From positions 231,694,001-231,758,000 of the forward strand of contig OZ024742.1 in the NCBI GenBank assembly GCA_964016885.1: DNA of 64,000 bases, given 5' to 3'. Position 1 is the first letter of the stretch. Each line of letters starts with the position of its first letter. The stretch is from Eledone cirrhosa (taxonomy: Eukaryota). This document shows, in pieces, positions 50,177 to 63,274 of this stretch. The position numbers and the translations under genes are program-made. The notes below the pieces were generated by a model. That model was not told the origin of the DNA. It did not search any database and saw nothing but the letters and a program-made list of their open reading frames with translations.

Positions 50177-51789
50177 ACAGGGCAGTGGATTGGCAGTATC
50201 AGTAGAGCATCGGGAAACATGCTTTATGGCATAGAGTTACGGCCCTTTACGTTCTGAGTTCAAATCTCGCTGGGGCTAGCTTTGCCTTTCATCCTTATGG
50301 GTCAATAAAGTAACACACTGGGGTTGATTTAATCGACTTTCCCCATCTCCTCCAAATTGCTGGCCTTGTGCCTAAATCAGAAGCCATTATTATGTTATAG
50401 CACACTATAATTTTAATGAGTAAAACCAATGAAAAAATTAAAAGAATGTATGAAATTCTGATTTAATATATGCTTCTTCATCATCATCTACATCAACTTT
50501 TTCATGCCGGCATGGGATGTTTTGAGACAATATATTATAGCATGATGCTCTTTCTGGCACCAACCCTTTTAGTTGCCTCATATGGCATGTAGGGATATGG
50601 TGTACCTCTTCTGAAAATCAGCCACAAGAAATTTGTTAAAAAGCAGTAAAACATATATATAGAATATACTCATGGCACAATTAGAAATATGGTAATGAAA
50701 GTTCTGAGTAATAACACATACAACTGGATATCATGTACATAGGCTACACCTGTATTGGATGGGCATTGTAAAAATGTGGAGTGGTAGTATTGGAAATTAA
50801 TAGATGTTATATGGGACCAAGGAAAATTTGGTGTGATGTGAAAAAAATGAATCATTCAGACAAGATGATGCTAAATGGTATTAACTCATTCTATTAAACT
50901 ATTAAGTATATTTATATTTCACTGTATGTGGACTCTTCAGCCATGTCAAGGACATTGTCATGTCCCTAGTATTTGGTGACCTACATGATAAACACAGCTA
51001 ATACACGCTGTAAAATGGTTGGTGATAGGAAGGGCATCCAGCCATAGGAAGGTTGCCAGACAAAGAGTTGGGAGGACCCTGCAGCCGTGTCAAGAACATG
51101 ATAGCCTCCCTAGTGTTGGTGATCTAAACGATAAATGCACCCAGTACATGCTGTAAAGTGGTTGGTGATAGGAAGAGCATCTAGCCATAGAAATCTTGTC
51201 AAACAAAAGGGTCAAGAGGGCCCTCATTTGTGTCAAAGACATGACAACTCAGGGGAGCGTTGGCCATTCATAAAGCAAGACACAAATTCCTGGCCTGCCT
51301 GGGAGATCAGTGGCTCTACTTCAGTACTGACTTGGTCTATATAGACCCATCCAACTCTGTCTAGCAGAGAAAGCAGATGTTAAAATGACGATGATGATGA
51401 TATGTGTATCTGGTTTAGGTTGGGTACACATCATAGTTAACCCTTTCATTACTCTACTTTTAAAATAATCAAGAATTTGGAGGGATTTAGTAATATAATT
51501 ATTATTAAACTGATGTTAAACTAATTATTATTAAACTGATGATTAAACTAATTATTATTAAACTGATGCTTATTATTAAACTGATGTTTGGAACATAACT
51601 TAACAAAGGTTCTTACATAAAATTATGATGGGAGTTTTTGAAATATAAATAAACACTTTAAAGCAAACAGTTTGATATCAAACTACCTGAAACTACCAGC
51701 GGTAGTTTCGGGTAGTTTGATATCAAAGGATTAAAACTAATAAACAGTAGTGAATCCAACAAATTTAACTAACTCAAGTATATAATATT

Positions 51790-52916
51790 ACAGGGAAAAA
51801 TGCGGGTGCATGTAAAGAAATATTCTTAAATTAATAAACTTAGAAAAGTAAAGGACAAGTTATTACACCTGGAAAAGTAAAGGACAAGAAAACTTCTTCT
51901 TAAAACTTCTTAAAATATTGCAGCTATAGTATAAATTTGAATAATAAAAAATATTTGATTTAAATATACATAGAAAGTGATAAATTCTAATAATACAGTT
52001 GACTCTCTAATTGATAATAATACTAATTTATGATCATTTATTTAATTTTGTGATCCTAATTTACACCATAGTGGTTGGGTCATTAAATAAATATACTTTA
52101 TTTTACTTTACTAAATGGGACTGAAAAAATGAGTGACAATTATAAACATCAAATAAAACAAAATTTTGGCGTGTAAATGACACTAACAAATAATTAATAA
52201 TTAATTAGGGAGCCAACTGTAATGATAAATAATAACAAATTATAATTGTTTAATAATGAAATTTAAGACCTGTCAGAGATCAAAATAACCAATCTACATT
52301 TTTAGGTAGAGTAAAATTAGACTACAATTAAAAATTAAACATTGTCTAATTCAACAGTTCATCTAATGAATTGATGAATTCATTATAATTGATTGATTCA
52401 CTATAAATGAATAATTGATGAATTGACTTTTACCTAATTTTGCCCCTTGAGATGTTGAATTTTACTATATTATAAAAAAAAATCTGTGATTATATGATGC
52501 ACTGTTTTTGATTTATTTTACTGCATTATTTTATAACTAAATTTTTAAAAATATAATTTGATTAAGAGTGAAAATTTTTAAATATCTTATAACATGAATT
52601 AATAAATTGTACATATTAATTATTATTATTATTAATTAATTATTGTACAAATTATTGTACAAATTTTATTTTAAAAAGATTAATTTGTATACACCAAGAA
52701 AAAAATTAAGTATACAGTAGTCAACTCTCCCTATAAGACAGTCATTTTTCCAGTCCTTTAACTTATAATTATTTATTTTTAGTTTTATAATCTAAATATA
52801 TTTTTTCAAATTTAGACTTTAGCTGCAATATTTTAAGAAGTTTTAAGAAGTTTTCTTGTCCTTTACTTTTCTAGGTTTATTAATTTAAGAATATTTTTTT
52901 ACCACTTTTTTTCCAG
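51790..52916. mobile_element. AT-rich non-autonomous element with ~130 bp imperfect TIRs
   Basis: aatattcttaaattaataaac..agaaaagtaaaggacaag..cttaaaatattgcagcta has its reverse complement at about 52800-52900. Confidence 0.6.
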
Positions 52917-53155
52917 GCAATGCAAGGATATTATGTTAATATTAATAAAAATATTTATCAACAAATAAGTTAAATAATAATTGTTTCTACTTTAGGCACA
53001 AGGCCAGCAATTACCCAGTGTATTACTGGTACTTTATTTTATCGACCCCGTAAGGATGAAAGGCAAAGTCAACCTCGGCGGAAAGGGATGTAACTATGCT
53101 GGAAAGCATGGCGTCCGACCCTCTAATGAATAGGAAGAAGTGCAGATAGGAAAAG

Positions 53156-53228
53156 TAATCAGGGTGGGAATCGAACCCACGACCTTCGGATTGCCGGTCC
53201 GCTGCTCTACCAACTGAGCTACCTGACC
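53156..53228 (-). tRNA. tRNA-like gene or pseudogene with GGC anticodon (atypical)
   Basis: GGTCAGG TA GCTC AGTTGGTA GAGC A GCGGA CCGGCAA TCCGA AGGTC GTGGG TTCGATT CCCAC CCTGATT A folds into a cloverleaf with intact A and B boxes, followed by CTTTT. Confidence 0.55.
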
Positions 53229-53833
53229 ACAATTCACTATTGCACAATCTATCACTATTTTAATGTATTAGAAATTAGAAACAAACTAAGCGTTACTTAT
53301 GTATGTAGTTCCTTACACTCTTTTGGTCCTCAATTATTTTTATGTAACTTTTTTTCTACTGAACCAAATTTCAATATTTTTATGTCAAAAAGTAGCTTAT
53401 CTGTGGTCCTATAAAGTGCAAAAAACCGCATCCAATTTTATCAAAAATTGAATTAGTGACAAAGCTTTGAAGGTGTCGCGAGTGACCGAAATGGGACCTT
53501 AAGAATATTATACACCTACTACCGTAGGTGTATGATAAACAAATAGTCATAAGTAAATTAATCTTTAGGACGCTGAATTTTTTTTAATGAATTGCTTCCC
53601 TTGACACTGCATTATGTATTAAAGGGAGATCACTCTCTTGTCACAATTTGTCACCGACAGCATGCTGAAGATTAAGTATCTACAGCAAAGTGTGGAATAC
53701 AGATGAAATGAAGGCATGAAAATAAGCATTTATTTCAATTGAAGAATTAAAATAAATATCATCATGAAAACTATTACATTTTTATCATATTTCTTAACTT
53801 TGACTTTAAATTTATATGTTCTTCTCTTCCTAG

Positions 53834-54004
53834 GGGTCTTGGAATTGAAACAAAGGTTGTACAACGTTTTGACTTTGATACTAATTTAATCAACTGGGCT
53901 GATGTTGTGATTTCTGCTGGTGGTGATGGCACTTTCCTTTCAGCTGCAAGTAAGATTACCAACCGGGACAAAGCAGTTATTGGAATTAACACTGATCCTT
54001 CCAG
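53834..54004 (+). CDS. NADK2: NADK2 coding exon 3 (GGDG catalytic motif)
   Basis: cttcctag|G acceptor; GLGIETKVVQRFDFDTNLINWADVVISAGGDGTFLSAASKITNRDKAVIGINTDPS; AG|gtatag donor; 171 nt, phase 2/2. Confidence 0.95.
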
Positions 54005-54547
54005 GTATAGAGAATGAAAACATTTATATTCTTTTATTCATTTACTGATTTCAATCACTGGACTGCAGTCATGCTGGGATACCACTTTGAAAGGTTTACT
54101 TGATCAAATTGAGCCAAGTACTTACTTTTAAGAGTGGTACATATTTTATCAATCTTTATTTCTCAAACTGCTAAGTTATGGTACATAAACAAACAGTACT
54201 GCTTTATAAGTGGTGTCATCATAAAGAGAAATACATAGAGTCATGAACATACATACATGCCTGTGTTGAGCATTCTGCATGAAGTGCACAAACAAAGTTT
54301 CACAGTCTGAAAATGGCAAGAGGGGAAAATGTTAATCAGTTGAGGCTATCCTCACAAGTTCAAGCCACCTAAACACCACTAAAGGGAACTTGGGGCTTGA
54401 GGGTAGTCACAGCTGATTGAAGTTTTTTTTCTACTCACTATATTCAGATGCCCGACTATATTTGTATGTGTGTGTGTGTGTATATATCTATATCTAAATC
54501 TATATTTATATATATATAGTAGTGTAGTTAATATGAAGCATTGTGAG

Positions 54548-54930
54548 ATATGTAGTAAAAGACCCATGTATTTTTTTAAAAGCCAGTGCAACACAGTAGA
54601 AAAATACAAAGAGCAAATGATGACAAATGAAACAACAAAACAAAGTAATGTTTTACCCCGTACAGTATAGCATGATATTTCAGGGCTAATACCCTCTTTT
54701 CAGATGCGAAACTGAAACAGTCCAAAAAACAAATGAGCGATCAGGGAAGAAAACTGATTGCAGGTTTGTGTTGTTTTGGATTGTTTCAGCTTCACATCTG
54801 AAATATCATGCTAAAATAAATTGGGTAAAACATTACTTTGTTTTGTTTTATTTGTTATCATTTGCCCTTCATATTTTTCTACCACATTGTACTGGCTTTA
54901 AAAAAAATTTATTGGTCTTTTACTACATAT
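54548..54930. repeat. Imperfect palindrome with ~170-185 bp arms in NADK2 intron 3
   Basis: atatgtagtaaaagacc...aaagtaatgttttaccc...tagcatgatatttcag..actgaaacagtccaaaa is mirrored at about 54773-54930. Confidence 0.8.
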
Positions 54931-54937
54931 ATATATA

Positions 54938-55267
54938 GAGGCACATGGCTTAGTGGTTAGAGCATTGGCCTTGCAATCGAAAGGTTGTGAGTTCAATTCT
55001 CAGACCAGGTGATGTGTTGTTTCCTTGAGCAAGACATTTTATTTCACATTGCTCCAGTTTACTCAGCTGTAGAAATGAGATGATAGGGACTGGGGTCCAT
55101 ATCATTCCACTGCAAAGTGGTCGTGTAGGTGTCACGGCAAAAAAGCACCCAGCACTCACTGTAAATGAGGTTGGTGTTAGGAAGGGCATCCAGCTGTAGA
55201 AATCAAGCCAGAATCAGTTCCTGTCCCACCTTTGCAAGCAGGGAAAAGCGGACGTAAAATGATGATG
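54938..55267 (+). mobile_element. SINE family B copy
   Basis: Near-identical to 48825-49158. Confidence 0.85.
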
Positions 55268-56207
55268 AGGATGCTATATATATATATATCATCTCCATTT
55301 AACGTCCATTTTTCCATGCTGGCATGGATTAGACGACTTATCCTGTTGTGAGCAATGGCAGGTCTGGTGACCATGTCTTGCTCATACAGAACTGATTTTG
55401 GCTTGGTTTCTACAGCTGGATGCCCTTCTTAGCGTCAGCCTCATTTACAGTGAGTACTGAGTGCTTTTTGTCGTAATGCCTACACAACCCTTTACAGTGT
55501 GGGCTGGAGGCTTCACTGGATGTATACTTCAGCTTGTCCTCATGGAAGTGGATGGGGTGGTGCACTATATATATATATATATACTTCAGCTTCGGCTTGT
55601 GCCCATGGGAAGTTGGGTCTTCTGTATTATATATATATATATCTGTATGAACATGACATGGTCTCCAGATCATGACCTGTTTCATAACGTGACAACTTCT
55701 CTAACCCAAGCAAACTTAGAAAAATGGGCATTAAATAATGATGATCATAGGTGGCGAATTGGCAGTCATTAGACCGTTGGGTAGAATGCTTTGCTGTTTT
55801 CTAATCTTGTCGTAGTCAACTTTGCCTTTCATTATTCTGAGGTCAATGTACCAGTCCAATACTGGGGTTGATTATTCTTCTATATTTCTCTCTATCACTC
55901 TCTCTCTTTACTCTGAAAGAACTTGGCCATATTCAGATCTGGAGAAGGGATGGGCTCCATCAGGTTTAAACAAAATGCCCAAGAAACGCTGTATGTTACT
56001 ACAGCTTCCCTACGACTTTGCCAGGAGTTATGGATCTGCATGTGGAGGATGGACGTTAAATGATGATGATAATATATATATATCATCACCGTTTAATGTC
56101 TACTTTTCCACTCTGGCATAGGTTAGATGAGTTATCCTGTTGTGCGCAATGCCATGGTCAGGTGACCATGTCATATTCATACTGAACCGATATATATGTG
56201 TGTATAG

Positions 56208-56255
<48 letters not shown>

Positions 56256-59200
56256 ATGTCTTGTGAGTGAATTTAGTAGATGGAAATGCTGTGAAAGCCC
56301 ATTGTTTGTATGTATATGTGTGTTCATGTACGTCTTCAACTCCAAAAGACCATTAAGTCAGTGAATCTTTATCAAACTGAAGAGTATGATAGGAAAGGTA
56401 TCTGACCTTAAACATTTGCCATGGATAAAGGAAGCAGAAAGTGGGACAGTTGGTTACTCTGAAGTTTCTATCTGTCAAATTTCATTCACAAGGCATTGGT
56501 CAACCCGATGCTATTATAGAGGACACTAATATAAGATGTTACAGAGTGGGAACTAACCCAAAGCCATGTGGCTGCAAAGCAAAATTTTTAACCACATAGC
56601 CATGCCTGCACCTATATTTTAAGGGTTTTCATAAAATCTATTCCCATTAATTATATTTTTGTTAAGTTTTTTTATATATTTGTAAAATAATCTAGATGAT
56701 GTAAAGAAATGTGTAAAATGAATTTAGCATGTTTTCATCATCATCATCATTTTAACCATTAAATGGCAAACAAAATACCTTGCATTATTTGTTCCAGCTC
56801 TGAGTTTATTGTACTCACCGAGGTTAAACTTTGCCTTTCATCCTTTCGGAGTCAATAAAAACATACCAGTCCAGAGCAGTGGATTGGTGGAATTGTTAGT
56901 GTATTGGACGAGATGCCTTGTGCTATTTGTTCTGGCTCTTCATGTTCTGTGTTCAAATCCCGTCATGGCCTACTTGGGTAGTACACTTAATCCATCACCC
57001 AGTTTAACACCATCACCTGGCTCTTGGATGCTTTTAATGGAGTTTACTTTGTTACCAGCATTTGGGCTAGGTTTCTGGTTTGAGGCTGCCTTCCTTCCTC
57101 TCTACCACTGGATACAATCTTTTGTTCATCTGCTTCAGAATATATGGGCTGCCTGATAAATCTAGGAAAGCTCTCTCTCTTTTTCTCTCCTCTCTCTGTT
57201 TTTCTAACTAATGGAATGGAGATATAGTTTCACTGGCTTCACAGCCATAGTGAAGGCAACTCTTCTAGGAAGTTTAGAAATAGGAACAAACCCAATAGTT
57301 TTGGAAAGACATGGAATTACAGCTGTTGTGATGGTTGCCCGTTTGGAGATTTGTGCAACCTGTATTAACACAACAGTTAATGAAAGGTTTTTTGTTCTAG
57401 CAACTGAGAGAGATATGGATTCCACAAGCTGCAGCAAAGACCACTTGTCTAGGAGGGCAGTATTTGTGAATTAAAAACTTAAACAGAGTAGATGAGACAG
57501 TTTAGTCTTGAAAGACCCCATTTCTAATGGTGGCTTCATAAAATACACCTGGTCCATGATATAACTGGTTGCTGATAGGAATGGCATACAGCTATAACAA
57601 AAACATGCTGAACTCATGGCAGTCCCAAATACAACGAAAAAACCTAATTACATATACAGGACTACACTTACCATGTTAGTGCTGTATTTGGTAGTGGGAT
57701 GGCCAGGTATGAACACCCCTCGTCCATCATCAAACAATTGCACCACCACTCTCTTTTCAGGTGCAGAAAATGGACATCAAACAACCCAAATACCAGCTAC
57801 AAGGAAATCTTAATATGATAATTTAGTCTGCAAAAAATTGCAGCCAGATACTTCACAAATACTACTTTACCATGAGCTAGTGAGGAGGCCTCTATGTAGA
57901 CACTTCACCTTCAAGAAACTCAGCCAATCTTCCTCAAAGAGTATCCTACCAACTTTAAAAATACAGGATAAATTAATACTGAATATGATATCTCAGAAAA
58001 AAAAAAGATGGTTATGGCTTGAATGCTAGTTGAATTATAAATATTGACTTGCAGTAATATTTATCTCAGCATGCGTAGACACCGTCAGAGAATGACAGAA
58101 GCTACAACTCTGCATGATATGTGACCTCTAAAACCCCTACAAAGGTAAGTACTTTACAGAGTCTTCAAAATACTCAGCGACTCACCCAAACAACATTTAC
58201 AAATAATCCAGTAAAAAATTCAAAAAAATTTGCAATACAACACTAATGACATTAAAAACATCTTAAAAGTACACATAGAAGACATAAGTAAAGAAATAAT
58301 AACTGCTGCACAAACATAGAGCAATCACAATTGGCCAACAGATAGAAACAATACATTATACTCATCATTGGCTAGCCAGTTTTACCTGGGCCACCAATTT
58401 CTCCACAATAAACAACATACAAAGAACACAAGACAAAACACAATGCATCATAACAGATTATAAAACAGATAAACACACACCACATATGCAACAAAACAAA
58501 AATTCTAAAAGTGAAAAATGACCTGGGTGTACTAGGAACCCAGTTTGTTGCCATGACAAACTTCAACTCCCAGTCCCTGTCATTATATGAGTCCCCACTG
58601 TTTCCTTCAATCACCCAGATAAATTTATAATTACCAGAACACTACTATAACAATATCCTGAAAGTACTATCTCTCCCATGCAGCCAAGACAATCATAGAA
58701 ATACATATACATACAGAAATTATACTACCAACAATAAGTGCAGAAGAATAGCAACTGTTGTGCTCTGACCAAATCTACTTCGCCTGTTTGTTGTGTTCAC
58801 CACCAAAATCTACAGCTGTACAGAAATATACTGGATAGTAGCGAGAGTGTAATATGTCATGTTATGCTGCACTCTATACAATTCATCCCTGCATATCAGA
58901 GTATAGATATAGACATTGTATAAGTGGAAAAATGGATTGTACCTTGTTTGGTCAACTATCTGTGTACCATAGGGCTGCTTGATCAAGGGCTATACAATAA
59001 CAGCTACCACAACTCTCTTCCATTCAGGCACAGAACTTTAGGGCTGCCATCATTGATGTTGGTGTGATGAATGGTAGACCACAGAGAGGTTAGAGTGGAG
59101 GTATATAGATGTGTGCTGTGTACAAGATGTGAGATGGAGAAGAGCCTCTGTGAAATGCCTTACATGTAAGGAACAAAACTACAACTTCTTGGCAGGTAAC

Positions 59201-59479
59201 AGTGCTGGAGTGGTTGAAGTAGGCATATTTTTAGGAGATAGAATAATTAAGGTAGTTAAAGTGTGTGACTGAATAGACAGATGGTTGTGAATACTAAATA
59301 TCTCCCTGTTGAAGAATATGCCACTCCCTAGATCAGAGTAAGAGCTGGATGGACCCAGAAACACCAGACAATCTGGAAAAGGAAGGTATGGAAGGAGAAA
59401 CATCACTCAACCAAACATACTAAGTGGTGTATTTGATAAGAAGGAGGATGAGATAGAGAATTATAACATAGATGATAAC

Positions 59480-60070
59480 TGTATCTAGCACACCTATCAA
59501 CTGTTTAGAAGAATTTAATTATCTGGATAGTAAAATCTCTAGCTGCGAAAGAGATGTAATCACATGCATTGATAGGCTTAGGGTGCTATAGACAAGTTAT
59601 TTCTAGGGTGGAAATCTAGACTTCCAGACAACATGAAAAGAAGCCTCTTTCAAGCAACTCTTACCTCTGTTCTATTGTATGGCTGCTCAACATGGACTCT
59701 TACCTCAAAACTGGAAAGAAGATTAGATGGAGCCTATACTTGCATGCTAAGTGTGGCTTTGAATGTCACTTGGAGAGATCATCTGACCGATGTGCAACTG
59801 TATGGGAACCTTCGTCCAGTATCAGACATCATCAAAGAGCATAGAGTCAGATTCGCTGGGCATTATTGGAGAGCTAAAGACAAATTGTTAGTGAAGTTCT
59901 TTTGTGGGAGCCTTCACAAGGAAGAACTAGCAGAGGACAACAAGCCAAGACTTATATCAAGCAGATTTGTGACAACATAAACTGCAATCCCTCCAATTTG
60001 GCAAGTCAGAGGGATTGCAGTTGATGATGAACAATAGAACTGGATGGCAACAGTGAGTCAAAAGGAATCC
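59480..60070 (+). mobile_element. RTE-group LINE 3' fragment
   Basis: FNYL...SVLLYGCSTWTLT..LERRLDGAY...RVRFAGH motifs. Confidence 0.8.
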
Positions 60071-60409
60071 TATTGGTTGATAACTGACAGTTTCTACAAG
60101 ACAACCTGCTGCAAGCCATAGATAAGATTAGTAAATGGAGCTAGGTTCCAGCCAGACAAAAGGTAAGGAGTATGGTATAGTAAATAGAGCCATAAATACC
60201 AAGATGCAGGCCTGGAAGGAGGAAGAGGAGGAAGAAATAATACAACATCCTACTACTAGATGAGAAATGGTCTTGCTTGTTATGTAGAAAAAGCATAGGT
60301 AAGAATTCTATTCTGTATACACAGTATAAAATGTGTACCTGAGAGATGTTGTGGTGCCACCAGCATGCTGACAGAAGAGAAAAGCTTCAGAGCAGCCAGA
60401 AAATATTAT

Positions 60410-60995
60410 TTTCAAATGCCCAGAGGCTTCCCGAGAAGTAGTTGATAGCTTTTCTTATCTAGGTAACTAATTAACAGTGAAGGTTGAAATTCCAAAAGAC
60501 TAGTAGCTCACGTAAGAACAGAGTGGAAACAGTTCAGGGGGCTATTTCCTATGATAACAAATGGATTCTCTCTCAGAGTGACAAGCAGGTGAATGATGCT
60601 TGGGTGTGAAGTATATTGCATGGTAGCAGAATATAGAAATTTGACGAGAATGTGCAAATGCTAGAAAGTAATGAAACAAACAGGCTCTGCTGGATATGTG
60701 ATATTAGCGGATATGAATAACAGAACACAAATGAGGTGAGAGAAAAACTAGGTTTTAGAAGAATTAGGTGTAGCATGCAAGAAAGAAGACTGCACTGGTA
60801 CAGACATGTGATACATATGAAGGTATGAGGGTTGAGTAAAGAAGTGTCAGAAGAGGAAGATCAAGAAAGAAATGGTGAAGGAAGTTGAACCTTATGAAGA
60901 AGATGACAAAGGACTGCAACAAGTGACAAGATGTTGTGTTGGAGAACATCTATCCAACCTATGTCATGAAAAACACATAAAATGATGATGATGGT
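60410..60995 (+). mobile_element. Highly degenerate RTE LINE 3' fragment
   Basis: EVVDSFSYLG..ILHGS..ERRLHWYRHV remnants; (GAT)n tail. Confidence 0.7.
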
Positions 60996-61403
60996 GATAT
61001 ATCTATATATGATTAAATTTAAGATTTTAGATTAAGTTGAATTTCTAAAATATAAACAATACTGAACATATAGTGATGGAGACTTCCGGCATTCTTTGTC
61101 TTTGTATGACCTCCCCACTCATTGCTATTGAGGTGGAGTTGACATGAGTGAGTCTTGTGAGTTGGAATGGCTATCCTAACATGTCTTCCTCACTCTCCCC
61201 CGGGTAACATTTTCTCCATTCTGTCTGCTGAGATCACAAAGTGGCTTACACCTGGGGTTCTGCACACTAGAACATTCTCCCACATTATCCGAGTTCATAT
61301 CATTGGGATAGCGATGGTATAGGTTACTGATTGTTGTAAATCCCAGTAAATAATATACAAAGCTGTTAATTTAAAAAAAAAACGGTTTTTGAAAATGATT
61401 TAA

Positions 61404-61601
61404 CCCTTTAGCATTCACATTACTCTATATTTACTATTGCATTTTCATGGTAAACACTTTATTTCACATAATATCGAATCTATGACATTTTGATATTATA
61501 TATTTTGAGAACAATACCTTAACCTAAGTATGAGTGGCTGGTTATGGCTGGTTTGAACAGAAAGAGGTGAGAGAATTCTGGCCAGTTTAAATGCTAAAAG
61601 G
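61404..61601. mobile_element. piggyBac-type MITE, same family as 46252-46458 in opposite orientation
   Basis: TTAA|CCCTTTAGCATT...AATGCTAAAAGG|TTAA; interior is reverse-complementary to 46252-46458. Confidence 0.85.
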
Positions 61602-63181
61602 TTAAACATTTGCTGCCATAGACAATACTTGAATTGCTAAATTTCTTCAATTAGTTTTGTTGTTAAGAAACAATATATCTGTATATATGTGTTACAGTGT
61701 GTCCATGTATGTGTGCAGCTAACAATTTAACATATAATATTTCAGATATTGGACCTTACATGTCTTTATTACCAGAAAGTAAGCTACCTAGGATTTTAGG
61801 AATTTCCTCAAATTAAGTATAAATGTTGTTATATATCAACATTTTGTTTTAATTGTCTTATATGTCTTTGTTCAGAAACTTAACAAGCAGAGATAGGTTG
61901 TTTCTACTGATGCCTAACATAGCAAGACATCCCATCTTAATTCAATGAATAGACTTAAAGTTAATGACCCCAAACTAGAGCTGAGATTTAATTCAAACAA
62001 TACATATGCAACTAAACTTATGAGAGGAATCAAACCATACATCAGTTTTTCTTAAATTCTTAGTTACAAATATATTTATACAGATAGATTTAATTTCCTG
62101 AGGCTTGCATGTGGCTATGTTGGTCAATGTGGGATCTAGACCAAATATTTGTTGTCTCATAGGAGAAAAGGTAGTGTTAGTTACTTCATGCTGTTTTCTA
62201 TGATCATGTCCAGTTTGTGCTGTGTTTACAGTATGCATGATAATATAGTCTATCATATATCAGTGTTTTGACCATGGATGCTGCCAGGAATCTATATATT
62301 TGTTTGTTGTTTATCACCAGTCATCATCATCACCATTTAATGTTTATTTTAAATGCTTGCATGGGTTAGATAGTCTATTGTGTTATGAGGTCAGGCAACC
62401 ACCTCTTGCACTTACATTCCATCTTTAATTTGGTTTTCTATCTTTGGATGCCCTTCCTAATGCCAACCACTTTACAACATATACTGGGAACTTTTTGTTG
62501 TGGCACCAGTACAACCACTTGACAAAGTGGACTGGATGCTTTTTATCATGGCACCAGTACAACCACCTTACATGGTGGACTGGATGTTTTTTGTTGTTGC
62601 ACCACTACAACCATCATGCAGGGTGAACAAGGTTTTTTTTCATCATGGCACCAGCAAAGTTTAATAGTTCTATTATATGTAATTTGTTGATTAGCAATAT
62701 AAAGAGATTTCATTTTTTGATAATCCAGGAATCCATGCATTTATTTAGATTTGTCAAAGAATTGCTAGTCATTCAAAGTATTATATCAATTAAAATTGGT
62801 TTTGTGTAATCATTTTTTATGAAATATTATAGTGTGTATCCTGGTTTTTAGTATAGATTCACTATTCCTACAAATCGTATGAGGCAATTAAAAGAGTTGG
62901 CACCAAGAAAGGCCTTCCTTCTCATCCCATCCACATATCTGAGGGTTGGAGGTCATGGACTTATGGACCAGCACTTTTCATTTTTTCCTGCCTCTTGCCA
63001 TTGCTGTACATTCTGCCAAACTCCTTCCTGTCCACAACTCATCCAATCCTTGCCAACGATGATTATAACTGAAATTGTTTAAATCTGGACAAAAAGTGAT
63101 TATTCTTTATAAACTCAAATTTCCCTTGAATTGTTATTATTTAGTTTTTTTTTTACCTAAGTATATTTATATTTTTTTCAG

Positions 63182-63274
63182 ATCTGAAGGCTACCTATGC
63201 TTACCCAAAATCAAAACGCACAACCTTAAATCATTAAAAGCTTCTTTTAACAGACTTCTTGCTGGAGATTTTCG
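63182..63274 (+). CDS. NADK2: NADK2 coding exon 4 (gene continues beyond the window)
   Basis: tttttttcag|A acceptor; RSEGYLCLPKIKTHNLKSLKASFNRLLAGDFR matches NADK2 'RSEGHLCLP...GEFR'; CG|gtgagt donor. Confidence 0.93.

Noticed and set aside
53774-53992. 72-aa minus-strand ORF
   Set aside because: Antisense shadow of NADK2 exon 3.
57000-59400. Several short ORFs (57204, 57211, 57838, 59179)
   Set aside because: No recognisable motifs or splice context; probably heavily decayed retroelement sequence that I cannot classify.
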